A stretch of 32,000 nt of DNA, from contig NZ_LN831039.1 of assembly GCF_001457595.1 (NCBI RefSeq), forward strand, positions 270,001 to 302,000, given 5' to 3'. A program made the translations under genes and the position numbers. The DNA is from Mycolicibacterium smegmatis (lineage in GTDB: Bacteria; Actinomycetota; Actinomycetes; Mycobacteriales; Mycobacteriaceae). Position 1 is the first letter of the stretch, and each line of letters opens with the position of its first letter. Positions 19,210-28,527 of the stretch are shown here, one piece after another. Below the pieces are notes generated by a model that saw only the letters and a list, made by a program, of their open reading frames with translations, searched no databases and was not told where the DNA came from.

Positions 19210-20410
19210 ACGTCATCACATCCAATACCAGTGGGCTCACTTCGGACACTTCCCGGGTGGCGAAACCTGGTTGCAGCGCAGCCGGTTTGCCGTCCAGCAG
19301 CGCGTCACCGGCGGTGGCGGAGGTCAATCGGGAATCCAACCGGAACGAGTCGAACACAAACGGTAGCCCATCGGCCGCGAGCGGATCGGGGCCGTCCATG
19401 ACATGGAAGTGCAGGTGCGGGGCATCGGAGTTTCCGCTGTTGCCCAGCGACGCGATCACCTGCCCCGTGGCGAGCTGATCACCGGGCTTGACCTTGAGGC
19501 TGCCGGGTTGCAGATGCGCGTAGAACGCGTACACGCCGTCGCCGATGTCCTGCACGATGTGGTTGCCGCCGTACTGCTCGAGCGTGAGCCCGCTCGGTGT
19601 CACCCCGGGCGTCTGCTCGGGCTGGCCGTCGAGCACCGACACCACCGGGCCGTCGGCGACCGCGCGGATCTCGGCGCCGAAGTACGGGTAGCTCTCGACG
19701 GCGGCCTTGTTGCCGGTGTAGATGCGGCCGTCGGTACCGAGTTGCACATAGTCGATGGCGAATCGCTCTGCGGCCCAGATTTTTCCGTTGATCGGGTTGA
19801 GCGCCATGCGGTGCGCCGTCATGTCGCAGCAGCTGTTGATGTCCAGCCACCCGTCACCGGTCAGCGGCGGCGAGATCGACGGCGGCTTGCGCGTCTGCAC
19901 GCTCACCGGTGCGATGGTCTCGGTGACGTTCGCCGGGATGAGCGGCGGCATCGGCTTGGCGACCGTGAGGTCGATGGCATGGGTGAGCTCGGTGGGCACC
20001 TGCGCCGGATCGTCGGCGACGACGTCGAGCCATACGGTCGCACTCTGGCCGGGGCCGAGCACGTTGGCGGGTGCGGCGGGGTTGCCGAGCGCCCTGGTCC
20101 AGTACTTCAGGCTGTCGCCCGAGAGGGTCAGCAGCTTGCGGTCACCGTCCATGACGCTCACGGCGTTCAGCGTGACGTTGCCCGACATCGGGTTGGTCAG
20201 CATCAGCTCGTACGCCAGATGCGTGCGGCCGTCGGTGGTGGGCACCGGGATCGGTTCGGCGAGCACCGATCCGATCACCGGCGTCGGCTGGGCCTTGGGT
20301 GTGGTGGTCGTGGTGGCCTCGGATTCGGTGGTCTCGGCCGACGAACATGCGGTCAGGACCACCAGGGCAGTGGCGGTGCCGAGCGACACCGCGAGGGTCA
20401 GATATCGCAT
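19196..20410 (-). CDS. Lipoprotein with C-terminal M23/LytM-type peptidase domain
   Basis: Lipobox LVVLTAC at the N-terminus; LytM-like DIGDGVYAFYAHLQPGSLKVKPGDQLATGQVIASLGNSGNSDAPHLHFHVMDG. Start ATG overlaps the upstream gene's stop (TGATG). Confidence 0.88.
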   Translation of the reverse strand: MRYLTLAVSLGTATALVVLTACSSAETTESEATTTTTPKAQPTPVIGSVLAEPIPVPTTDGRTHLAYELMLTNPMSGNVTLNAVSVMDGDRKLLTLSGDSLKYWTRALGNPAAPANVLGPGQSATVWLDVVADDPAQVPTELTHAIDLTVAKPMPPLIPANVTETIAPVSVQTRKPPSISPPLTGDGWLDINSCCDMTAHRMALNPINGKIWAAERFAIDYVQLGTDGRIYTGNKAAVESYPYFGAEIRAVADGPVVSVLDGQPEQTPGVTPSGLTLEQYGGNHIVQDIGDGVYAFYAHLQPGSLKVKPGDQLATGQVIASLGNSGNSDAPHLHFHVMDGPDPLAADGLPFVFDSFRLDSRLTSATAGDALLDGKPAALQPGFATREVSEVSPLVLDVMTYASD

Positions 20411-21501
20411 CAGTTGGGCTCCTGGCGTTCGGGTGCGGGTTCGTGCTGGTCGACCCTGTCGACGTCGAGATCGGTCTCGGTGCGGAACATGAAGAAGAAG
20501 ATCACCCACCCGATCGCGGAGATGAAGATCCAGCTGATCAGGCGGTAGATGAGCATCGCGGAGATGGCCGAGGCCAGTGTCATTCCCGACGTCACCAGAC
20601 CGGGCACCAGCACGGCCTCCACGACCAGCAGGCCGCCGGGCATGAGCGGGATCGAGCCGACCGCACGCGCGGCCGCGTACGCCACCGTGACCCCGGCCAG
20701 CGACGGATGACCGCCCGCGGCGTAGCACGCGAACGCCAGGCACGCGACGTCGGCGATCCAGTTGAACATCGACCAGCTGAACGACACCGTGAGGTCGCGG
20801 CGGCCCAGCTTGACCGCCTCCAGCTGTTTGAGGATCTCGCGCCACTTGGCCAGCCCGGTGTCAGATGGCTTGCCGCGCACCGAGTTCACCCAGTGCAGCA
20901 CCTTGACGCCGATACCCTCGATCAACTCGGGCCGCGACGCGACGGCCTGGCCGAGCAGCACCAACGCGAGCAACCCGCCGAGCGAGAAGATCAGCGACAG
21001 CGGGTTCTTGCTCGCACCGAGCATGAACGCACCGCCGAGGCCGAGCAGCGCCAGGCCGAGGACCTGCAGCACGCCCGACATCACCAGCTGCCACGACGCC
21101 ACCAACGGCGATGCGCCCCAGATGCGTTGCTGCCGGTATATGAACGTCGTCGAGAGCACCGGGCCGCCCGGCATCGTCGTCGACAACGCGTTGCCCGCGT
21201 AGTACGCGGCCTCCGAACGCCACTGGCGCACCTGCACGCCGGCCGACAGCAAAAGCGTCCGCTGGATCTGCGCGAAGCTGTGGATCGACGCCATGGCCGC
21301 GACGACCGCGGCCAGCACCCACCACACGTTCGCCGACACCAGGCTCTTCCACGCCTTCGCCAGCTGATCCCATACCAGCGTCACCTCGACACTGAGTACC
21401 GCGACCGCGACGGCGATCAGCACCCAGCGCAGCCACCAGTACTTGCCGCGCGCAGAACCCGCCCGGCCGCGGGCGGCGTCCGCCTGCGCGTCGTGTGACA
21501 C
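20410..21501 (-). CDS. Flippase-fold integral membrane protein (UPF0104/lysylphosphatidylglycerol synthase TM-like, Rv0204c-like)
   Basis: Multiple TM helices; [19 protein letters not shown]...[44 protein letters not shown] is characteristic of the AglD/MprF-N family. Confidence 0.85.
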   Translation of the reverse strand: MSHDAQADAARGRAGSARGKYWWLRWVLIAVAVAVLSVEVTLVWDQLAKAWKSLVSANVWWVLAAVVAAMASIHSFAQIQRTLLLSAGVQVRQWRSEAAYYAGNALSTTMPGGPVLSTTFIYRQQRIWGASPLVASWQLVMSGVLQVLGLALLGLGGAFMLGASKNPLSLIFSLGGLLALVLLGQAVASRPELIEGIGVKVLHWVNSVRGKPSDTGLAKWREILKQLEAVKLGRRDLTVSFSWSMFNWIADVACLAFACYAAGGHPSLAGVTVAYAAARAVGSIPLMPGGLLVVEAVLVPGLVTSGMTLASAISAMLIYRLISWIFISAIGWVIFFFMFRTETDLDVDRVDQHEPAPERQEPN

Positions 21502-21574
21502 GCTCTACAGGGTAACCGCGCAGTTTGCGGGTTCACGACGGTTCACGCGGGCGTGCCGCGGTTACGCTACGGGC

Positions 21575-22714
21575 ATGGCCCTGGACCCCGTTGCCGACGA
21601 AGCAGTATCGCCTCTCGTCCGCAAGGCTGCCGCCTGGTCGTGGCGGCTCCTGATCATCGGCGGCGCGATCGTGGCGTTGCTGTGGCTGATCAAACGGCTG
21701 GAGATCCTTTTCGTCCCGGTGGCGCTCGCGACCATGGTCGCCGCACTGCTGCTGCCCGCCGTCGACTTCATGGACCGTCGCGGGGCCCCGCGTGGATCCG
21801 CGGTCGCGCTTGTGCTGCTCGGCGGTATCGCCGTGGTGGGCGGCATCCTGACCTTCGTCGTCACGCAGTTCATCCAGGGCGCCCCCGACCTGGTCGAGCA
21901 GATGACGCGCAGCATCGACGGCGTGCGGAACTGGCTGATTGACGGTCCGCTGCACCTGAGCAAGGAGCAGATCGACTCGGCCGGCAACACCGCGATCGAG
22001 GCGCTGCAACGCAATCAGGAGAAGGTGACCACCGGCGCGCTGTCCACCGCGGGCACGCTCACCGAACTGCTCACCGGGGCCGTGCTCACCCTGTTCACGC
22101 TGATCTTCCTGCTGCAGGGCGGGCGCAACATCTTCGCGTTCGTCACCAAGGCGTTCCCCGAGGACGTGCGCGAGCGTGTGCGCGACGCGGGCCGCGCGGG
22201 CTTCCACTCACTGATCGGTTACGTGCGCGCGACGTTCCTGGTGGCCCTCGTCGACGCCATCGGCATCGGCACCGGCCTGGCCATCATGGGCATACCGCTG
22301 GCGCTGCCGTTGGCGTCACTGGTGTTCCTCGGCGCGTTCGTGCCGCTCGTGGGTGCCGTCATCGCCGGCTTCCTCGCGGTGGTCGTGGCGCTGCTCGCCA
22401 AGGGCCTGGTCTACGCGCTGATCACCCTCGGTCTCATCATCGCCGTGCAGCAGCTCGAGGGGCACGTGCTGCAGCCGCTCGTGATGGGCCGCGCGGTGTC
22501 GATCCACCCGCTGGCCGTCGTGCTCGCGATCGCAGGCGGCGGTGTGCTCGCGGGCATCGTCGGCGCACTGCTCGCGGTGCCCGCGGTGGCATTCCTCAAC
22601 AGCGCGACGCGGGTCCTGCTGGCGCGCGATCCGCACGCAGAGGAGGAGGCCCTGGTCGCCGAGAGCACCACGATCATCGCCGCAGAGTCCGACGACCTTC
22701 CCGAACGGGAGTAG
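21575..22714 (+). CDS. AI-2E-type (PerM/YdiK family) transporter, Rv0205-like
   Basis: [65 protein letters not shown]...[90 protein letters not shown]. Confidence 0.92.
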   Translation: MALDPVADEAVSPLVRKAAAWSWRLLIIGGAIVALLWLIKRLEILFVPVALATMVAALLLPAVDFMDRRGAPRGSAVALVLLGGIAVVGGILTFVVTQFIQGAPDLVEQMTRSIDGVRNWLIDGPLHLSKEQIDSAGNTAIEALQRNQEKVTTGALSTAGTLTELLTGAVLTLFTLIFLLQGGRNIFAFVTKAFPEDVRERVRDAGRAGFHSLIGYVRATFLVALVDAIGIGTGLAIMGIPLALPLASLVFLGAFVPLVGAVIAGFLAVVVALLAKGLVYALITLGLIIAVQQLEGHVLQPLVMGRAVSIHPLAVVLAIAGGGVLAGIVGALLAVPAVAFLNSATRVLLARDPHAEEEALVAESTTIIAAESDDLPERE

Positions 22715-22721
22715 CCGGGCC

Positions 22722-25700
22722 CTACAGCCTGCCTTCGCGGCGCAGCAGGTCCTGCGCGCTCATGCCGCCGCCACGGCGCTTGGTCTCCGGATCCTCCGGA
22801 GCGTCCTCACGCGTGTTGAGCTTCTCGGTCGACGGTTCCTGCTCCCGCTGCGGGGGCGTGGGGATCGCCGTCGTCGCATCCGCGGGCGCACCGCCGTTGG
22901 GCGGACGCTGCGCGCTGAACGCGGTGGTGGGCGCGTTCTCGTTGCTCCGATCGGCGGGCCCGGCGGGCGGGCGGCCCTGCGGGGCATGGCACGCGTGGTG
23001 TCCGTCGAAGGCCGCTGCGGCTGGGCCGGCGGCGGCTGGGGCACGTTCTTGGCCGGCGCGGGACCACGCAACGCGCCCAGCCAGGACTCGATCTCGCGTT
23101 CCTCGCGTTGCGGCGGGGCCGGCGGCTGCGCCGGGCCACCCGGGCGCGGCGCACGCTCGGTCGGCGCGGCCGCGCTGCCTGCGCCGCCGTGCACCGCGCT
23201 GTTGACCGCATTGCGAACGGCGTTGCGCGCCATGGCGAACCGCGTGGTGGCGGGTTCATCGCCGGCCTGCTGAGCGGGCGCCTGCGGCGGCTGCGGCGGC
23301 TGCGGCGGTGTCGAGATGCGCGCGGTACCCGCGGCCGACGGCGCGTTGCTGCGCATCGGCGGCATCGGGCGGACCGGTTCCGGTGCGGGATGCGTCGGAT
23401 CGTGCGGACGCGGTGGCGGCGGCGGTGCACCGACGCCCACGAGGGCCCGCTGGTCGGCCTCGGACTCGCGCACGGTGGGGCGCTTGCGCTCGTCGGGCAG
23501 TTCGGTCTCGCCGAGGCCCAGCTTCTCCTGCACCCGCTTCATCCAGCGCGGGGCCCACCAGCAGTCGTCGCCGAGCAGCTTCATGATGGCGGGCACCAGG
23601 AACATACGAATGATGGTGGCGTCCAACAGAAGTGCGATGAGCAGACCGAAGGCCAGGTATTTCATCATCACCAGGTCGGAGAACACGAACGCACCCGCGA
23701 CCACCGCGAGGATCAGCGCCGCACCGGTGATCAGGCGGCCCGTGGTCGCCGTACCGATGCGGATGGCCTCGGCCGTCGACATACCGCGTTCACGTGCCTC
23801 GACCATGCGGGACACCAGGAACACCTCGTAGTCGGTCGACAGACCCCAGATGACCGCGATGATCAGGCCGATCATGGGCGCCATGAGCGGCTGCGGGGTG
23901 TAGTTCATCAGCCCCGAGCCGTGGCCGTCGACGAACATCCACGTGAGGATGCCCATCGTCGAACCGAGCGTCAGCGCGCTCATCAACGCGGCCTTGATCG
24001 GCAACACCACCGATCCGAACGCCAGGAACATCAGGACGGTCGTCGTGACGATCAGGATCAGCGCCATCAGCGGCAGCTTGTCGAACAGGCTGTGGATCGA
24101 GTCCTGTTCAAGCGCCGGGGTTCCGCCGACGAACACCTCGATGCCGTGCGGTGGTTGCAGCGCGCGCAACTCGTCGATCTTCTTGGCCGCGTCGTTGCGG
24201 TTCTCCAGACCGTTCTGGATCACCCGCACCGACGGGTCCTTGGACCCGCTGTCGTTGGCCGGGCGTTCCTTCCACATCTTCTCCGGATCGTTGTCCGGGT
24301 CGGTGAAGCCGGAGACCGTGAGCGCCTTGGCGCGCATGTCGGCGATCTGGGCGTCGGTGATCGGCTCGCCGTCCTCACGCTTCATCACGAGCGTGAGCGG
24401 TTCGGTACGGAAACCGGGGAACAGCTTGTCGAATTGCTCCTGCGACTGGCGCACGGAGTTGTCCGGCGGCAGGTACTTCTCGCTGATGCCGCCGAGGGAA
24501 AGCTGCCCCAACGGGATGATCAGCAGCACCATGACCACCAAAATCGGTGCGGCGAACGCGATCGGGCGCTTCATCACGACGTTGACCAGCCGGCCCCAGA
24601 AGCCGCGCTCGACCTCTTCGCGCGTCTTGGTCTTCTGCGTCTTCTCGGCGAACCAGTCGATGATGCGCCGCGAGAACTGCCAGTTGGCCAGGAACGGGAT
24701 CTTCAGCAGCGTCGTCACGCCCAGCGCGTCGACTCGCGGGCCCAGGATCGCCAGCGCGGCCGCCAGCACGGTGATCGACAGGATCGCCGCGAGCATGACC
24801 GACGCGATGATGGCGTAGGTGATCGATTTCAGGAAGCCCTGCGGGAACAGCAGCAGCGGCACCGACGACGCGACGATGATCACCGCGGAGAACACGACCG
24901 TGCGTCCCGACGTCATCACGGTGCGGCGAACGGCCGCCTCGGTGTCGTAGCCCTCGGCGATCTCCTCGCGGAACCGGCTCACGATGAACAGGCCGTAGTC
25001 GATCGCGATACCGAGGCCGATCAGCGTGACCACCGGCTGGGCGAAGAAGTGCACGGGGGTGAACTCGGCGACCAGGCGCATGATGCCCAGCGCGCCCGCG
25101 ATGGCGAGGCCACCGATGATCGCGGGCAGGGCCGCGGCGATCACGGTGCCGAACACGAAGAACAGCACCACGGCGACCAGCGGGATGGCGGCCACCTCGG
25201 CACGCTTCTGGTCCTCGCCGATGGTGCCGGTCAGCTCACTGGCCAGCGGGTTGAGGCCCGCGAGCCGGATGTCGCCGTCGTTGACCTGCTGCAGCTCGGG
25301 CTCGACGACCTGATAGTTCTTGAGGATCTCGTCGTCGTCGTCACCTTGGAGCGGGATGCTGATGAACGTGTGCCGCAGATCCTCCGTCTTCATGGCGCTG
25401 ACGGTCGGGTCGGTGGTGTCGGGGGCCTTGAGCCAGCCCACCCAGCCGACGATCTGATCCTCGTGGTCCTTGACCACCTGATCGAGTTCCTCGGTGACCT
25501 TCTTCTGCCACGCCTTGTCGGTGACCTTCTTGTCGTCGGGAGGCGTCAGGATGGCCACCACGTGGCTGGTCCGGTCACGGCCGTACACCTCGTCGCCGAT
25601 CAGCGACGCCGCGACAGACTGGCTGCCCTCGTCGTAGAAACCGCTCTGCGTGACGTGGTTACCCAGGCTGATCCCGTAGACGCCGCCGCCGAGACACAGG

Positions 25701-25765
25701 GCCACCATCACACCGATGACGATGTACCTGAACTGGTACACGGTCCGACCCCACCAGGCGAACAC
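22722..25765 (-). CDS. mmpL3: MmpL3 trehalose monomycolate flippase; reading frame shifted in the C-terminal cytoplasmic tail
   Basis: N-terminus MFAWWGRTVYQFRYIVIGVMVALCLGGGVYGISLGNHVTQSGFYDEGSQS; MMPL motifs GIAIDYGLFIVSRFREE and WGLSTDYEVFLVSRM. The track ORF stops at 22760 after an Arg/Pro-rich run. The natural-looking tail ...DPETKRRGGGMSAQDLLRREGRL* lies in another frame ending at 22722. Confidence 0.95.
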
Positions 25766-25858
25766 TTAGGCTCCTAACGCTTCGATCAAATCTCCAGAGA
25801 CCCGCGCCTGCGCTGTGCGAGGCTGTTTGTCTGGGTCCGTTGTGGTCTTGTGCAGTTG

Positions 25859-26563
25859 TCACACACGCGAGGTCAGTAGCGACGACAACGGCCGGAACGG
25901 CTGCAGCCACGCCCCCTGCTCGGGTAGCGAGTCCAGGCCGATCCGTGGCAGCGGTTCCCGGAAAACACCAGGAATATCCTCCAGATCGACAAACTCCAAG
26001 GTATCCGACGCTAGCGCCCAGCTGGCATGTTCGCGAAATCCGAGAACCTGCACAGGCGTGCCCTCACGGGCGATTTCCTCCAGCGGTTGCCGGAACGCCT
26101 GCCCGTCCGCGGAGGCGACCAGTACCGCCGCCAGCCCCTCACGTCTGCGCAGTGCGATGTGGTCGAGCATGTCGCTGTCGACATCGCTGTCTTCATCGAT
26201 CTTCGGTTTGGCGAAGACGGCGAAACCCACGTTACGCAACGCCTCGACCCACGGGCGCACGACATCGGCGCTACCTGGGGCGATGTTGGTGAAGACCGTC
26301 GCCTCGGGCTCATGGGAGATCGCGGTTTCCTCCGCGCCGACACCGTCGGCCAGCTCGGCGGTATAGGCCAGAAGCCATCGGCCCAGCGCGTCGAACCGCG
26401 GGCGGTGCGCGGCTGTGGGCCTGCCGCCGAGAATCGACCCGAGGCCCATGTCCAGATTCGGTGCGTCCCAGACCAGCAGGACCCGTCGGACACCCGGAAC
26501 CGCATCGGTTTCGGGTGAGGATTCTTGCTGGAGGTCCTCCACGATGTCGGGCGTCACACTCAT
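25859..26563 (-). CDS. NYN-domain (PIN-like) putative ribonuclease, Rv0207c-like
   Basis: MSVTPDIVEDLQQESSPETDAVPGVRRVLLVWDAPNLDMGLGSILGG...DEDSDVDSDMLDHIALRRREGLAAVLVASADGQAFRQPLEEIAREGTPVQVLGF. Start overlaps the trmB stop by 4 nt; the 436-aa track ORF is over-extended into trmB. Confidence 0.85.
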   Translation of the reverse strand: MSVTPDIVEDLQQESSPETDAVPGVRRVLLVWDAPNLDMGLGSILGGRPTAAHRPRFDALGRWLLAYTAELADGVGAEETAISHEPEATVFTNIAPGSADVVRPWVEALRNVGFAVFAKPKIDEDSDVDSDMLDHIALRRREGLAAVLVASADGQAFRQPLEEIAREGTPVQVLGFREHASWALASDTLEFVDLEDIPGVFREPLPRIGLDSLPEQGAWLQPFRPLSSLLTSRV

Positions 26564-27351
26564 AGGCGTTTCTCCCACACCAGTTCGGCCACCTCGGTGC
26601 CGGCCAGGGCCTTGCGCTGGTACTTCGTGACGGGCCGCTCGAGGGATATCGGCAGGTCGTCGCTGGTCGACACCCGGCGCAGCAGCGGCTCGGCGTCGCC
26701 GACCTCGGCGATGTGCTCGGCGTATCCCATGTGGTCGGTCGCGGCGTGCAGGACGCCGCCCTCGCGCAACCGGTCGGCGATGAGCGCGACCGTGGCAGGT
26801 TGCAGCAACCGGCGCTTGTGGTGGCGGGCCTTGGGCCACGGATCCGGGAAGAAGACCCGCACACCGGTCAGGGTGTTGCTGCCGATCATGTGCTCGAGAA
26901 CGTCGACGCCGTCGCCGCGAATCATCCGGATGTTGGTGACACCCTCGCGGTCGATCGCGCTGAGCAACTGCGCGAGGCCCTTCCGGTACACCTCGACGGC
27001 GATCACGTCGATGTGCGGTTCGGCCTTGGCCATCTCGAGCGTGGACGTCCCGGTGCCCGAGCCGATCTCCAGGACCAACGGTGCCGAGCGTCCGAACCAG
27101 GCCTCGGTGTCCAGGTCGGTGATGGGCTGGGAATCCTCGTCTCTGGCCTGCATGCCGAGCTTGGGCCACAGGCGGTCCCAGGTTCCCTGCTGGCCGCCGG
27201 ACAGCGTCGATCGGCGTGTGCGAAAGCTGGTCACGCGGGGCAGGCGGTGCGGCTCGGCCGGCGGGCCTGCTGAAGCGTTCACGGGGGCCTCTCCAGCGGC
27301 GTCGAGGTCGGGAGCCGGTCCGCCCGCGACGTCAGGCACAGGCGCTTGCAT
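26560..27351 (-). CDS. trmB: tRNA (guanine-N7-)-methyltransferase
   Basis: PLVLEIGSGTGTSTLEMAKAEPHIDVIAVEVYRKGLAQLLSAIDREGVTNIRMIRGDGVDVL...GVRVFFPDPWPKARHHKRRLLQP is the TrmB signature. Start position approximate. Confidence 0.94.
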   Translation of the reverse strand: MQAPVPDVAGGPAPDLDAAGEAPVNASAGPPAEPHRLPRVTSFRTRRSTLSGGQQGTWDRLWPKLGMQARDEDSQPITDLDTEAWFGRSAPLVLEIGSGTGTSTLEMAKAEPHIDVIAVEVYRKGLAQLLSAIDREGVTNIRMIRGDGVDVLEHMIGSNTLTGVRVFFPDPWPKARHHKRRLLQPATVALIADRLREGGVLHAATDHMGYAEHIAEVGDAEPLLRRVSTSDDLPISLERPVTKYQRKALAGTEVAELVWEKRL

Positions 27352-27429
27352 CCGTCCATGGTCTCTTATCGGCAGCTGTGTGCCCGCATCGTGGTACAGA
27401 TTGATACCCAACAGTTGCCTTCGACTGTT

Positions 27430-28527
27430 ATGACCCAAACATCCGTTCGCGAGCCCGTCCGGGCCATGCCACGATTCTTGGCAGGGATGACCAGGGAGTT
27501 CACTGTGGAGGGCCGCCAGATGTTCGCAGCCGAGCTGAAGCGGTTTGCCGGCTGCGTCGGCGACGGCAACCGCGACCCGCGGCTGGCGAAGATCTCCGCC
27601 CGCGTGTGCGCCCCCGTCGGAGTCTCCGTGCACGGCCGCCGCGGTGTGGGGGTCACCACGGTGGCCGAGGCCCTCGCCGCGAACGGTGTCGCGGTGCGCG
27701 ACGACGGGCCGGGTGAGCTGGCGGTGCTGGTCACGGCCGAGGTGCTCAAACCAGAGGATCTGACCCTCGCGGACGCGTTGCGGGCACGCGGTGCGGACGT
27801 GCTCGTCGTGCTCAACAAGGCCGACCTCGTGGGCCGTGCGCCGGACGGTTCCCTGGCCGCAGCGCACCACCGCGCCCAGCAGCTGCGGGAGCGGACGGGG
27901 TTGCCCGTGGTGCCGATGGTCGGGTCGCTCGCGCGGGCCACGCTTTCGCCGCACCTCGTCGAGGCGCTGCGCCTGCTGGCGACGACGCCGGCCGACCTGA
28001 CCTCGACCGAGGCGTTCCTGGCCGACCCCCACCCGGTCGCGCAGGCGACCCGCACCGAGTTGCTGACCACGCTGGACCGTTTCGGCATCGTGCACGCATG
28101 CCGTGAACTGAGCCGCGAGCCGAACGCCGATGCCGCGGTTCTGTCCGCCGCACTGCGGCGCCTCGGCGAGACCGACCGTGTGCTTGCGGCGCTCGATGCG
28201 CTGGCCGCACCGCGCAGATACCGGCGGATCGAACGGGCCCTGACCGAACTGCAGGCCGTGGGCGGTGAGAGCGTCGGCCGCTTCCTTGCCGCCGACACCA
28301 CCGTGGTCGCGGTGATGGATGCCGCGCTCGAGGTCATGCGGGCCGCAGGGGTGGTGGTGCCGTCGCGGCCCGCATGCGGGCGCGATGCGCACCTGCGTCG
28401 GGCCAGGTTCTGGTGGCGGTACACCCGTGGCCCGGTGGGCGCGCTGCACGGCAGGTGCGCCGCCGCGATCGCGCGGGGTTCGCTGCGTCTGGCGGGCCTG
28501 GACACCGAGGAGGCGGCGCGGCGGTGA
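27430..28527 (+). CDS. GTPase-like protein with degenerate P-loop (Rv0209-like)
   Basis: VSVHGRRGVGVTTVAEALAANGVAV at the P-loop position and DVLVVLNKADLVGRAPDG (G4 NKAD). Divergent from trmB. The start could be upstream (27346 or 27358). Confidence 0.75.
   Translation: MTQTSVREPVRAMPRFLAGMTREFTVEGRQMFAAELKRFAGCVGDGNRDPRLAKISARVCAPVGVSVHGRRGVGVTTVAEALAANGVAVRDDGPGELAVLVTAEVLKPEDLTLADALRARGADVLVVLNKADLVGRAPDGSLAAAHHRAQQLRERTGLPVVPMVGSLARATLSPHLVEALRLLATTPADLTSTEAFLADPHPVAQATRTELLTTLDRFGIVHACRELSREPNADAAVLSAALRRLGETDRVLAALDALAAPRRYRRIERALTELQAVGGESVGRFLAADTTVVAVMDAALEVMRAAGVVVPSRPACGRDAHLRRARFWWRYTRGPVGALHGRCAAAIARGSLRLAGLDTEEAARR

Noticed and set aside
23108-25777. 889-aa plus-strand ORF antisense to mmpL3
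   Set aside because: Typical high-GC antisense artefact: Arg/Gly/His/Asp-rich composition and no recognisable domain, while the opposite strand encodes clear MmpL3.
26564-27169. N-terminal half of the 436-aa track ORF at 25859-27169
   Set aside because: Overlaps trmB in a different frame; the credible NYN protein starts at 26563.
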